From contig OZ244960.1 of the NCBI GenBank assembly GCA_965222605.1, forward strand, positions 3,200,001 to 3,264,000: a stretch of DNA of 64,000 nt. Reading direction: 5' to 3'. Positions 29,954-38,723 of this stretch are shown here, piece by piece. A program made the translations under genes and the position numbers. The notes beneath the pieces are model-generated. The model had not been told where the DNA came from. It was given only the letters and a program-made list of their open reading frames with translations, and searched no databases. The DNA comes from Candidatus Latescibacterota bacterium (lineage in GTDB: Bacteria > Latescibacterota > UBA2968). Position 1 is the first letter of the stretch. Every line of letters begins with the position of its first letter.

Positions 29954-32900
29954 ATGGTCGGTCAAAAAGTTTTGTTTTTTATGTGGATGCTCATTCTTTG
30001 TCTGAATGCCGAGGTTTTTGCGGGCGAGGCCAGGCATGTGTGGACGGCTTTTCGGCAAGAAGATGGGTTGGCGCACAATGTGGTGACGGCTGTGGTGCAG
30101 ACACCCGATGGGGCGATGTGGGTTGCCACGTTGGGTGGGGTGTCGCGCTATGATGGACGTTCCTGGGAGAAGTTTGGGGTTGAAGATGGATTGCCGGGAA
30201 ATGCTGTTCAGGATCTGGTGGCCGCGCCCGACGGGGCATTGTGGGCTGCTGTGGGACGGGGTTTTGATCGTCAAGCGAGACAAGGGATGGCTTATTTTTC
30301 TGGCGAGAGATGGATAGGTATTGATACGCCAGAAGAGTTCAGGGGACGAGGGGGCTTGCGCCAGATTTTGGGGCTGGATGGTGGTCGCGCCTGTCTGGTG
30401 ACCGATGAAGGTCGCCTGTTGCGCTTCGATGGCGGCCAGCTTTATGTGGTGACCTTAGATAGTCAGCCGCTTCAAGGGGTTCAGAGCGTGATGGCCGATG
30501 CAAATGGGAAAGTGTGGGTCGCTTATGGTGGGCGAGGGGGCAATGTCTTGTCTGTGCCTGGGATGGAACCGGGTGGGCGAGGTGAACCGGGTGGCCGGGG
30601 CAGGCGCGGTGGTTTTAGAGGGGGGGACGGTTCCGATGGTGGTAGAGGGCGAGGTGAACCGGGTGGCCGGAGCAGGCGCGGTGGTTTTAGAGGGGGGAAC
30701 GGTTCAGATGGCCGTGGAGGACGCAGTGGTCGCCCGCTTGTGCCGGGTGCTCGGCAGGCAGGTGGAAGACCTGGGGGATTTGCACAGGGCATGGGATTAT
30801 TGGATGTGGATACGGGCGAATGGACAACGATAGCAGATATGGACAGTTTGAACGATGTATCGGTGTGGGCGATGGCGCAAAGTGGCGATGGCGCGCTCTG
30901 GTTTGGCACAAATGAGAGCGGGCTTAAGCGGTATGATTCGGGAAGATGGGAAACATTTACAACTGAGGACGGGTTGCCTTCCAATCGGGTGCAGGTGATT
31001 AGTTTTGCACAAGATGGAACTGTGTGGATTGGCACGCCGGCTGGCGCCGCTTCTCGAGAAGCGAATGGACAATGGCGAACTTTTGCAGAGCGCGAGGGAT
31101 TGCCCAATAGCTATGTGGTCGATATCTGTATTGCTGAGGATGGGGCAATATGGGTGGGTACGCGCGGTGGGGTTGCGCGGTTGGGGCTTTCGGGATGGTT
31201 GCACCATAGGAGTTGGCCGGGGATGAATGATCGCGGTGCTTCGATTTTCGCGCTCGATGAAAGGGGTCAGCTCTGGGTTGGCAATGATGCGCTTTACAAT
31301 TTTGAACAGGGTTCCTGGCATGTAGCACGCGAGTTAGAGGGCGATGTGCGCGGGCGTTTGGTCGATTTGTTTGTCGATGGCAAGGGAAGTCTCTGGGCTG
31401 TAACGCCGTTTCAATTGTTGCGTTATGATGGCAAGGTGTGGGAGGTGATAAATCCCGATCGTCGAATGGGATTGCCTTTTCGAGATGTGTGCCCTGCGCA
31501 AGATGGCGGTGTGTGGGCAATAACGCGCTCGGGTATTCATCGATTCGATGGAGAGGTATGGACTGTCCTATCCATCTCCCAGGATCTGGTGCAGGAAGAG
31601 ATCAATCCCAGGGGGCCTGGCATTTCGATTTGCGAAGCCAGCGATGGCAGTTTGTGGCTGGGGCAAATGGATGGCGTGGTGCATGTGGTGGATGGAGAGC
31701 AGCGCAAATACACGGTGGCTGACGGGTTGCCCGATGGGCGGATCAATGCGGTTGCTGAAGATATTGGTGGGCGGATATGGATTAGCTCACCGCTCGAGGG
31801 TGTGGCGCATTTCAATGGGCAGCGGTGGCGACGGGTGCCGGGCGGAGATCAGGCGCAGTTTAATGGGGTCAGTCGGATATTTCCGGCGAATGATGGCACG
31901 GTGTGGCTGGCTTCGCCGATTGATGGCGCGATTCGTACTGATGGTTTTGCATGGGTGCGCTATACGGTTCAAGAGGGGTTGCCCAGCACACAGGTTTGGG
32001 ATGTGACGCAAGATGCCGACGGTCTGTTGTGGTTTGCGACGTCTGGTGGGTTGGGCTGTTATGATCCCGATGGCGATGCGCCCGAAACACTTCTTTTGGT
32101 TCCGCCAGTTCAAATTGCGCCGTATCAAAATGCGTTGTTTGAATTTTCGGGGCAGGATGTGTGGAAACAAACGCCAGACGGGTCATTGCAATATTCATGG
32201 CGGCTCAATAGGGGTGCGTGGTCGGGTTTTTCGCGCAATAACCGGGTTTTGTTAGAGGACCTCGATGCTGGCTCTCACAAGTTTGAAGTGCGCGCTATGG
32301 ATCTGGCTTTTAATGTGGATAGGATACCTGCTGTGCAGGTATTTGAAGTGCTGGCGCCTGTGTGGCAACGGCCCTGGTTTGTGGGGTTGAGTGGTGTTTC
32401 GCTGCTCATTGTGCTGGTCACGACGGGATATGCGTTTCAAAAGCACAAACGCTGGCGCATAGCACAGACTCAGTTGATTGATGAATTGGAGACGGAACTT
32501 CAGGAAGCCCACGATATGCAGATGGGGCTGTTGCCCCGCGCACCCGTGCGCGAAAAGGGTTTTGAGGTGGTGGGTAGATGTTTGCCTGCCAATCATGTCG
32601 GCGGTGATTATTTCACGTATTTCTGGTTGGACGACGATCAGCAAACACTGGGGTTTGGAGCCGCAGATGTGTCGGGCAAGGCGATGCAGGGTGCTGTGCG
32701 GGCCATGCAATTGAGCGGGATGTTGCACTATGAGGTTCGCGCGGCACAGATGCCGGTAGATGTGTTGCGGAATCTGAATGTTGTTTTGCAAGAGCAGTTC
32801 GATGAGGCGAGTTTTGTGACGTGCTGTTTGGGCACGTTGGATTTAGAGACCGGGGAGATTGTTTTGGCCAATTCCGGGCATCCTTATCCCTATCGGGTGT

Positions 32901-33226
32901 CTGCCGATGGCGGTTTGTATATGGTAGAATTGATGTCTGTGCCTCTGGGTATGACATTGCCGCCCGAGGTCGATACCGAACCCAAAGAGGCGCGTGTGTT
33001 TTTGGATTTTGGCGATATGCTGGTGCTCTACAGCGATGGGGTGACGGATATGCAAAATGCAGCAGGGGAGTTTTACGAGGAGGCGCGCCTGGAAGCGTTG
33101 CTCAAAAAACACGCGGGTACGAGTGCCGATGTTTTGATCGATACGGTGATAGATGATTTGGTTCGGTTTCGCGCGTCGGCGGCACAGACAGATGATGTGA
33201 CGCTTTTGGTTATTAAGAGGCAGTGA
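29954..33226 (+). CDS. Membrane sensor: regulator beta-propellers + Y_Y_Y + TM + SpoIIE/PP2C phosphatase
   Basis: Repeated EDGLPxN...DGxLW propeller blades; FEVRAMD; one TM helix; VGGDYF, ADVSGK, YSDGVTD and DDVT motifs. Confidence 0.9.
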   Translation: MVGQKVLFFMWMLILCLNAEVFAGEARHVWTAFRQEDGLAHNVVTAVVQTPDGAMWVATLGGVSRYDGRSWEKFGVEDGLPGNAVQDLVAAPDGALWAAVGRGFDRQARQGMAYFSGERWIGIDTPEEFRGRGGLRQILGLDGGRACLVTDEGRLLRFDGGQLYVVTLDSQPLQGVQSVMADANGKVWVAYGGRGGNVLSVPGMEPGGRGEPGGRGRRGGFRGGDGSDGGRGRGEPGGRSRRGGFRGGNGSDGRGGRSGRPLVPGARQAGGRPGGFAQGMGLLDVDTGEWTTIADMDSLNDVSVWAMAQSGDGALWFGTNESGLKRYDSGRWETFTTEDGLPSNRVQVISFAQDGTVWIGTPAGAASREANGQWRTFAEREGLPNSYVVDICIAEDGAIWVGTRGGVARLGLSGWLHHRSWPGMNDRGASIFALDERGQLWVGNDALYNFEQGSWHVARELEGDVRGRLVDLFVDGKGSLWAVTPFQLLRYDGKVWEVINPDRRMGLPFRDVCPAQDGGVWAITRSGIHRFDGEVWTVLSISQDLVQEEINPRGPGISICEASDGSLWLGQMDGVVHVVDGEQRKYTVADGLPDGRINAVAEDIGGRIWISSPLEGVAHFNGQRWRRVPGGDQAQFNGVSRIFPANDGTVWLASPIDGAIRTDGFAWVRYTVQEGLPSTQVWDVTQDADGLLWFATSGGLGCYDPDGDAPETLLLVPPVQIAPYQNALFEFSGQDVWKQTPDGSLQYSWRLNRGAWSGFSRNNRVLLEDLDAGSHKFEVRAMDLAFNVDRIPAVQVFEVLAPVWQRPWFVGLSGVSLLIVLVTTGYAFQKHKRWRIAQTQLIDELETELQEAHDMQMGLLPRAPVREKGFEVVGRCLPANHVGGDYFTYFWLDDDQQTLGFGAADVSGKAMQGAVRAMQLSGMLHYEVRAAQMPVDVLRNLNVVLQEQFDEASFVTCCLGTLDLETGEIVLANSGHPYPYRVSADGGLYMVELMSVPLGMTLPPEVDTEPKEARVFLDFGDMLVLYSDGVTDMQNAAGEFYEEARLEALLKKHAGTSADVLIDTVIDDLVRFRASAAQTDDVTLLVIKRQ
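30575..30712 (+). repeat. 72-bp in-frame duplication (Gly/Arg-rich)
   Basis: GGGCGAGGTGAACCGGGTGGCCGG at 30575 and 30647. Confidence 0.88.
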
Positions 33227-33229
33227 GAC

Positions 33230-35131
33230 GTGAAAAAGGAGGTTGGTATGCGGATTTTTGTCGCGGTATGTGTTTTGATGATGCTTCAGGGCAGTGCCGC
33301 ATTGGCTCAGAATGAAGCTTCGTTTGGTGTAATAATAGAGCCAAAGGCGGCGCGCGTTGGGGAGGCTGTTACGGTTTGGATTGATGTGGATCTTTCCGAC
33401 GACTGGCATATTTATTCGGCAACTACGCCGCCGGGTGGTCCTTATCCCACGGAGATTGCGCTATCGGGCGAGGCGTTTCGGCAAGTGGGGGCGGTGATTC
33501 AGCCCGATCCTATTGTGGAATACGATCCAAATTTTGATATGAATGTGGAATATTACCACCCCAGGGTGCGGTTTGGGTTGCGGGCCGAGGTGGGTGAGGG
33601 GATGCCGGGCGAGAGGGTGCTGGCGGGTGAAGTGACGTATATGCTTTGCAATGAGACGCAGTGTTTGCCGCCAGATACGTACACTTTTGAGGTTCCCGTG
33701 ATGGTAGAAGCGGGACCTGCGCGGGCTAAGTATGTATTTTCTGCTGTTGAAGCACCTGCGGTGCCGTTGGATGGTACGGGTAGTGTGGACGATGTTGAGC
33801 GTGCGATTACAGAGGGTTTGAGCGCGTTTTTATACCTGTCTTTGTGGATGGGTTTTCTGGCTTTGCTCACGCCGTGTGTGTTTCCGATGATTCCCATTAC
33901 GGTATCGTTTTTTACCAAGCAGGAAACACAGAGCCGGGGGGAGTCTGTTGCCAAGTCGCTGGCTTATTGCGGGGGTATTATTTTTACGTTTACCGGGCTG
34001 GGTATGGTGTTGGCGGCGACTTTAGGTGCGTCTGGTGCGGCGCAGTTTGCGGCCAATCCCTGGATCAATTTGTTGATTACTGCGATTTTTGTGGCTTTCG
34101 CGTTGGCATTGTTTGGGTTGTTTGAAATTCGATTGCCCTATGGTTTGCTCAATAAGTTGAATCAGGTTCAGGGGGGAAGTTATGGCGCGATTCTGGTTAT
34201 GGGGTTCACGTTTTCTCTTACGTCGTTTACGTGTACTGCGCCTTTTGTGGGTACGCTGCTGGTGCTGACGTCTCAGGGAACGTGGGCGTGGCCCATTTTG
34301 GGCATGCTGGCATTTTCGACTGCGTTTGCCTCTCCGTTTTTCTTTTTGGCACTTTTTCCCCAATCGCTTTCTTCGCTGCCCCAAAGCGGTGGCTGGTTAA
34401 ATTCCGTGAAGGTGGTGATGGGGTTTTTGGAATTGGCCGCTGCGTTGAAATTTTTGAGCAATGTAGATCTGGTGTGGCATTGGGAGATTATTTCGCGCGA
34501 GGTCTTTATTGCGGGATGGATCGCGATTTTTTTCCTGTGTGGTCTTTATTTGCTGGGCAAAATCCGATTGCCGCACGACTCTTTGCTCGATACGATTGGT
34601 CCGCTGCGGTTGTTGGCGAGTAGTGGGTGTTTGGCTTTTGGGCTGTATTTGATGACGGGTCTTTTTGGTGCTCCCCTGGGCGAATGGGACGCATTTTTCC
34701 CGCCTTATGGGAGTTATGGCGAGATTGCCAAAATAAGGAGTGGTGAACCCGAGCTGGCCTGGCGCGATGATTATGAAGCGGGTTTGGTAGAGGCAAAGGC
34801 GACGGGCAAACCGGTATTTATCGATTTTACGGGCTATGCGTGTACTAATTGCCGCTGGATGGAGGCGAATATTTTTCCCGAGAAGGAGGTATACGCGTTA
34901 TTAAAACAGTTTGTACGGGTTCAGTTGTACACAGATGGGCGGGAAGAAGAGCACAAGCGCAATCGCGATTTGCAGGAGGCTAATTTTGGTACGGTTGCAC
35001 TGCCTTTGTACGTGATTATGTCACCTGACGGCAAAGAGATTGCACATTTTCCGGGGATGACGCGCGATGTGGATATCTTTGTTCGCTTTTTGAAACAGGG
35101 GATCAGTCCAGCATTGGTAAGTGTGAAGTAG
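33230..35131 (+). CDS. dsbD: DsbD-like thiol:disulfide interchange protein
   Basis: CNETQC, LLTPCVFPMIP, TCTAPF and thioredoxin CTNC motifs. Confidence 0.88.
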   Translation: MKKEVGMRIFVAVCVLMMLQGSAALAQNEASFGVIIEPKAARVGEAVTVWIDVDLSDDWHIYSATTPPGGPYPTEIALSGEAFRQVGAVIQPDPIVEYDPNFDMNVEYYHPRVRFGLRAEVGEGMPGERVLAGEVTYMLCNETQCLPPDTYTFEVPVMVEAGPARAKYVFSAVEAPAVPLDGTGSVDDVERAITEGLSAFLYLSLWMGFLALLTPCVFPMIPITVSFFTKQETQSRGESVAKSLAYCGGIIFTFTGLGMVLAATLGASGAAQFAANPWINLLITAIFVAFALALFGLFEIRLPYGLLNKLNQVQGGSYGAILVMGFTFSLTSFTCTAPFVGTLLVLTSQGTWAWPILGMLAFSTAFASPFFFLALFPQSLSSLPQSGGWLNSVKVVMGFLELAAALKFLSNVDLVWHWEIISREVFIAGWIAIFFLCGLYLLGKIRLPHDSLLDTIGPLRLLASSGCLAFGLYLMTGLFGAPLGEWDAFFPPYGSYGEIAKIRSGEPELAWRDDYEAGLVEAKATGKPVFIDFTGYACTNCRWMEANIFPEKEVYALLKQFVRVQLYTDGREEEHKRNRDLQEANFGTVALPLYVIMSPDGKEIAHFPGMTRDVDIFVRFLKQGISPALVSVK

Positions 35132-35198
35132 GTAGGGGACGGTCCCCGTGCCCCCGTATAAAGTCACTACGGGGCAGGCTCCCGACTGTCATCGCGGC
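35119..35198. repeat. Composite REP-like palindromic repeat
   Basis: AAGTGTGAAGTAG + GTAGGGGACGGTCCCCGTG + CCCCGTATAAAGTCACTACGGGG + GTCATCGCGGC. Confidence 0.85.
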
Positions 35199-36448
35199 TA
35201 TGATAGGCCGAGGAATGCGCCCAGGACGAGGGCAACCACGCCGAGGAGTGATAGGAGAAGGGTACCAATGGCTATGTGAAGCATTTGGGGTTCAAGGTGG
35301 TCAAGCCAGTTTTCGAGTGTTTCGATGCCCGAGCGCAATGCGCGTTCGATGGGGTCGGGAAGATGCTTGATGAAGGGCATTTTTCGCCGAGATATTTCGT
35401 CGATGTATTGAATATTTTTGATGTTGTGACGGGCATTGAAGGTGTGTTCGACGAATTTGCGGATTGCGAAACGCTGCACCGGGTCGTGAATTTCGGATAG
35501 GCGAAGAGTTTGTGTATCAATGGTGTTGGACAGTTTGAAGCAGTGTGTGGTCTTGTCGGGGTCGTCTGGGTCGGGTTCGAGTTCGCCTTTGACAACGCGC
35601 CCCAAGATGGTGAGGTCGTGATAGTTGAGGTAGTGATAGCGTCCGCCTTTTTCGCGGCCCAATAGGCTTTCAATGCGTTGGCGCAAGATATCGGGATCGT
35701 CTTTGCTTTGGCGAAGATGTTCGGAGATTTTGATGTTGAAGCATCGCGCATAAAATTTGAGAAAGTCCCGGACAACGGGCGAGGTATAACTGCCTTTGGC
35801 GTTGATGAGACGACGCACAAAGCCGAGGTAACGGGGGTTTGTGTATAGTCGCGCGGCGATGTCGAATGAGTCTTTGCCCGATTCGCGCATCTGTGTTTTG
35901 ATGGCGGCGTCGATTTGTACGCTCATCTGGATCAGTGCGGCGTCTTCGTCGTCTTCGCGCACGATGGACCGGGTGGGGTCCTCGGGTTCGGCGCGGGCGA
36001 GAAAGGGCGTGGTTTCGCTCGAGGCAAAGCTGCCAAGCCCGCCTTCTATGCCCTGTCTGATCATGATTTGAGAAGCGGCTTCTTCTATTTCCGCTTCTGT
36101 TTTTTTTATGAGTTCTTCGGGGAGTTCTGCGTTTTGTTCGGGTACGAGGGCAGAGATGTTGTCTGCAAAGATTTGAACTTGAGATTTGTTGTTGAATACG
36201 TTGAGATAGGGTTGTTGCATTACTTCGGGCAACAGATGCTGTGTGAGGGTGTTGCCCCGCTGTCCTTTGAAGGCGGTGTAGAGTGCTTCGTGCAGTGAGG
36301 TGAAGGGAACTACGCGCGTTGCGACCATTACGCGATCTGCGCCATAGGTGAAGACATAGAGATTTTCCCAATAGCACTTGCGGTAGTATGGGCGGTCGGT
36401 TTTAGAGGAGAAAGCGAAGCGGTATTTTGGATCGACAATGCGTTCCAT
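35198..36448 (-). CDS. Hypothetical protein with C-terminal membrane anchor
   Basis: AGGAGG RBS before MERIVDPK; hydrophobic C-terminus; no recognised domain. Confidence 0.75.
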   Translation of the reverse strand: MERIVDPKYRFAFSSKTDRPYYRKCYWENLYVFTYGADRVMVATRVVPFTSLHEALYTAFKGQRGNTLTQHLLPEVMQQPYLNVFNNKSQVQIFADNISALVPEQNAELPEELIKKTEAEIEEAASQIMIRQGIEGGLGSFASSETTPFLARAEPEDPTRSIVREDDEDAALIQMSVQIDAAIKTQMRESGKDSFDIAARLYTNPRYLGFVRRLINAKGSYTSPVVRDFLKFYARCFNIKISEHLRQSKDDPDILRQRIESLLGREKGGRYHYLNYHDLTILGRVVKGELEPDPDDPDKTTHCFKLSNTIDTQTLRLSEIHDPVQRFAIRKFVEHTFNARHNIKNIQYIDEISRRKMPFIKHLPDPIERALRSGIETLENWLDHLEPQMLHIAIGTLLLSLLGVVALVLGAFLGLS

Positions 36449-36513
36449 CGGTTCCTCCTGGGCGGGGAATGGACGGTGGGTACAAAATAATAGCATTAAT
36501 TCGAAAGGAAAAG

Positions 36514-38604
36514 ATGAATTATTTTCGGGGCAATCGGTTTCTCAATACTTTGCCCGATTGGGAAACGGGTGAGCCGATAGACGGTGCGCTGGAAAATTAT
36601 TTGCCGCGCGTGCGCGCGCTGTTGCACCGCATGGATAATCCCCAGGCGCGGTTTGGCTCTGTTATTGTGGGGGGTACAAATGGCAAGGGCACGGTGAGTT
36701 ATTTGCTGGCTGAGTTATTGCGGGCAGCGGGTTTTCGCGTGGGGCTTTATACGTCGCCGCATTTGCACACGGTGCGCGAGCGGATATGTGTTGATGGCGA
36801 GGTGCTCGCGCGCGCTGTGTGGGCCGAAGGCGTCGCGCATTTTTACGAAAAAAGCCGTGATTTTGGGCGCGAAGGCTGGGGTGCGTTTAGCAAGTTTGAG
36901 GCGCTCACGGTTTTGGCGGCTCATCACTTTGCGCGGGCCAATGTGGATTGGGCTGTTTTTGAGGTGGGGCTGGGTGGGCAATTTGACGCGACCAATGCGT
37001 GGGATTCAAAAGTTGCTGTGTTGACGGCTATTCATCTGGATCACACGGATGTGTTGGGCGATACGCTGCATGAGATTGCGGCGGATAAGGTACATATTGC
37101 GCGATCGGGAAGGCCGCTGTTTACGGGTTCACAGCAGGCTCCTGAAGTTCTTAAATTGCTGAAGAGGGCGTGTGTGCATCGGGGTGCGGCGTTGCATGTG
37201 GTCGATAAGGAAATGGACGATATTGCGGATCGACCGGCTACTTTTCGAGAGAATGCCGCGCTATCAGTGGCGGTGGCGCAGCATATTGTAGATGGGTGCG
37301 GGATGGTGTTGCCGGATGAGCGGGTGCGGGATGTGATTTTGAAGGGTTCGTTGCCCGGGCGATTTGAGGTGGTTCGGAAAGCGCCTCCTTTGATTTTAGA
37401 TGGTGCCCACAATCCGGACGCGGTTCGCGCATTGGTCCGGGATTTGCAACTTCTGTCGGATAAGTGGCGATTTGTGGTGGGTGTTAATAAAGGGCACGAT
37501 GCACGGGGTATTTTGCAGGCGATTGCGCCCCTGGCCTCCGAAGTTGTTTTGACGCAGTCGGCGCATCCCAAAGCCATTTCTGTGGCGAGCTTGAGATCAC
37601 GGGTTCCAGAAGGGCTGTGCGTGCGGTGTGAAAGTGGGGGATTGGATTTTTTGACGCAGGTAGGAGGACCCACGTGTGTCCTCGGGTCGCTGCATCTGGT
37701 GGCGTTGGCGCGCGAGATGTTGGATTTGCCCAGGGAGACGGATAGTTTTGGGGAGGATGTGATTTTAGAGAGTTTGCGGTGTCTTGAAATCGCGTGTCGC
37801 AATTTGGGCGTCGGGTATGAGGCGGTGTCGGCAGATGGCAATGTAATTCGGGTGGAGAGGGACGGAAAGCCGCTGTATTTTTTGCGAAATAAACATCCGT
37901 TTAACGATTATGTTTCTGGAAAATTGGCCGAGGACAAAGGGTATCAATACGAGCTGTTTGATCGGACGAATATCACCGTGCCCAGGACGATGACGGTGTT
38001 TAACCCTCTATCTGACCGGCGGTTTGATCGGTATAAGACGCATGCTTCTGTCGCAGATATTGTGAGCGATGTGGTGCAACACATGTCGTTTCCCGTTGTG
38101 CTGAAACGCAATCACGGGTCTATGGCACAGGGTGTGTATTTGGAGACGAATGCAGGGGATTTGCACTCGCGTTTGCAAGAATTGTGTGAGGAAAGCAGCC
38201 GATTTGATAATGTGTTGTTGATCCAGGCTTATGTTGAGGGGCCTGAGTATCGCATTGTGGGCAGCGAGGATGAGTTGTTGCTCGCATATGAAAAGCAAAA
38301 TGATTCAGATATTGAGGGAGAGGATATCAATCCCCTGCATCGGGCGGGGAGCAGGGCGGTTGCGGTTGTGGATGAGAGATTATTAGAGGATTTTCGCGCG
38401 TTGACACAGGCGTTAAGTCGGGTGTTGGATTTGGGCTTTTACGCGGTTGATTTGATCGCGGGTTCCAATGGGTTTTTTGTTTTAGAAGTGAATCCCAATC
38501 CTATATGTCACTTTTACAACGCGGATAATGGACGAGGCGATTTTGTGCAAATTTATCAGTATCTGGTGCAGAAATATTTGCTGGGCGAGAAGGGAAAAGT
38601 GTGA
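36514..38604 (+). CDS. FolC-like (folylpolyglutamate synthase) domain fused to an ATP-grasp ligase
   Basis: GGTNGKG, YTSPHL, EVGLGG.FDATN and LDGAHN, followed by FPVVLKRNHGSMAQGV, IQAYV, AVDLI and LEVNPNP. Confidence 0.85.
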   Translation: MNYFRGNRFLNTLPDWETGEPIDGALENYLPRVRALLHRMDNPQARFGSVIVGGTNGKGTVSYLLAELLRAAGFRVGLYTSPHLHTVRERICVDGEVLARAVWAEGVAHFYEKSRDFGREGWGAFSKFEALTVLAAHHFARANVDWAVFEVGLGGQFDATNAWDSKVAVLTAIHLDHTDVLGDTLHEIAADKVHIARSGRPLFTGSQQAPEVLKLLKRACVHRGAALHVVDKEMDDIADRPATFRENAALSVAVAQHIVDGCGMVLPDERVRDVILKGSLPGRFEVVRKAPPLILDGAHNPDAVRALVRDLQLLSDKWRFVVGVNKGHDARGILQAIAPLASEVVLTQSAHPKAISVASLRSRVPEGLCVRCESGGLDFLTQVGGPTCVLGSLHLVALAREMLDLPRETDSFGEDVILESLRCLEIACRNLGVGYEAVSADGNVIRVERDGKPLYFLRNKHPFNDYVSGKLAEDKGYQYELFDRTNITVPRTMTVFNPLSDRRFDRYKTHASVADIVSDVVQHMSFPVVLKRNHGSMAQGVYLETNAGDLHSRLQELCEESSRFDNVLLIQAYVEGPEYRIVGSEDELLLAYEKQNDSDIEGEDINPLHRAGSRAVAVVDERLLEDFRALTQALSRVLDLGFYAVDLIAGSNGFFVLEVNPNPICHFYNADNGRGDFVQIYQYLVQKYLLGEKGKV

Positions 38605-38715
38605 AGTAGTAGGGGACGGTTCCCGTATAAAGGCACTACGGGACAGGCTCCCGTGTGTCATCGCGGCATGGTCCCCTGCTTAAAGCATGCAGGGGCATGC
38701 TTGAGCCGCGACCCA
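38597..38715. repeat. Composite REP-like palindromic repeat
   Basis: Same modules as the other copies, with two inner hairpins. Confidence 0.85.
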
Positions 38716-38723
38716 GAGGTTTT

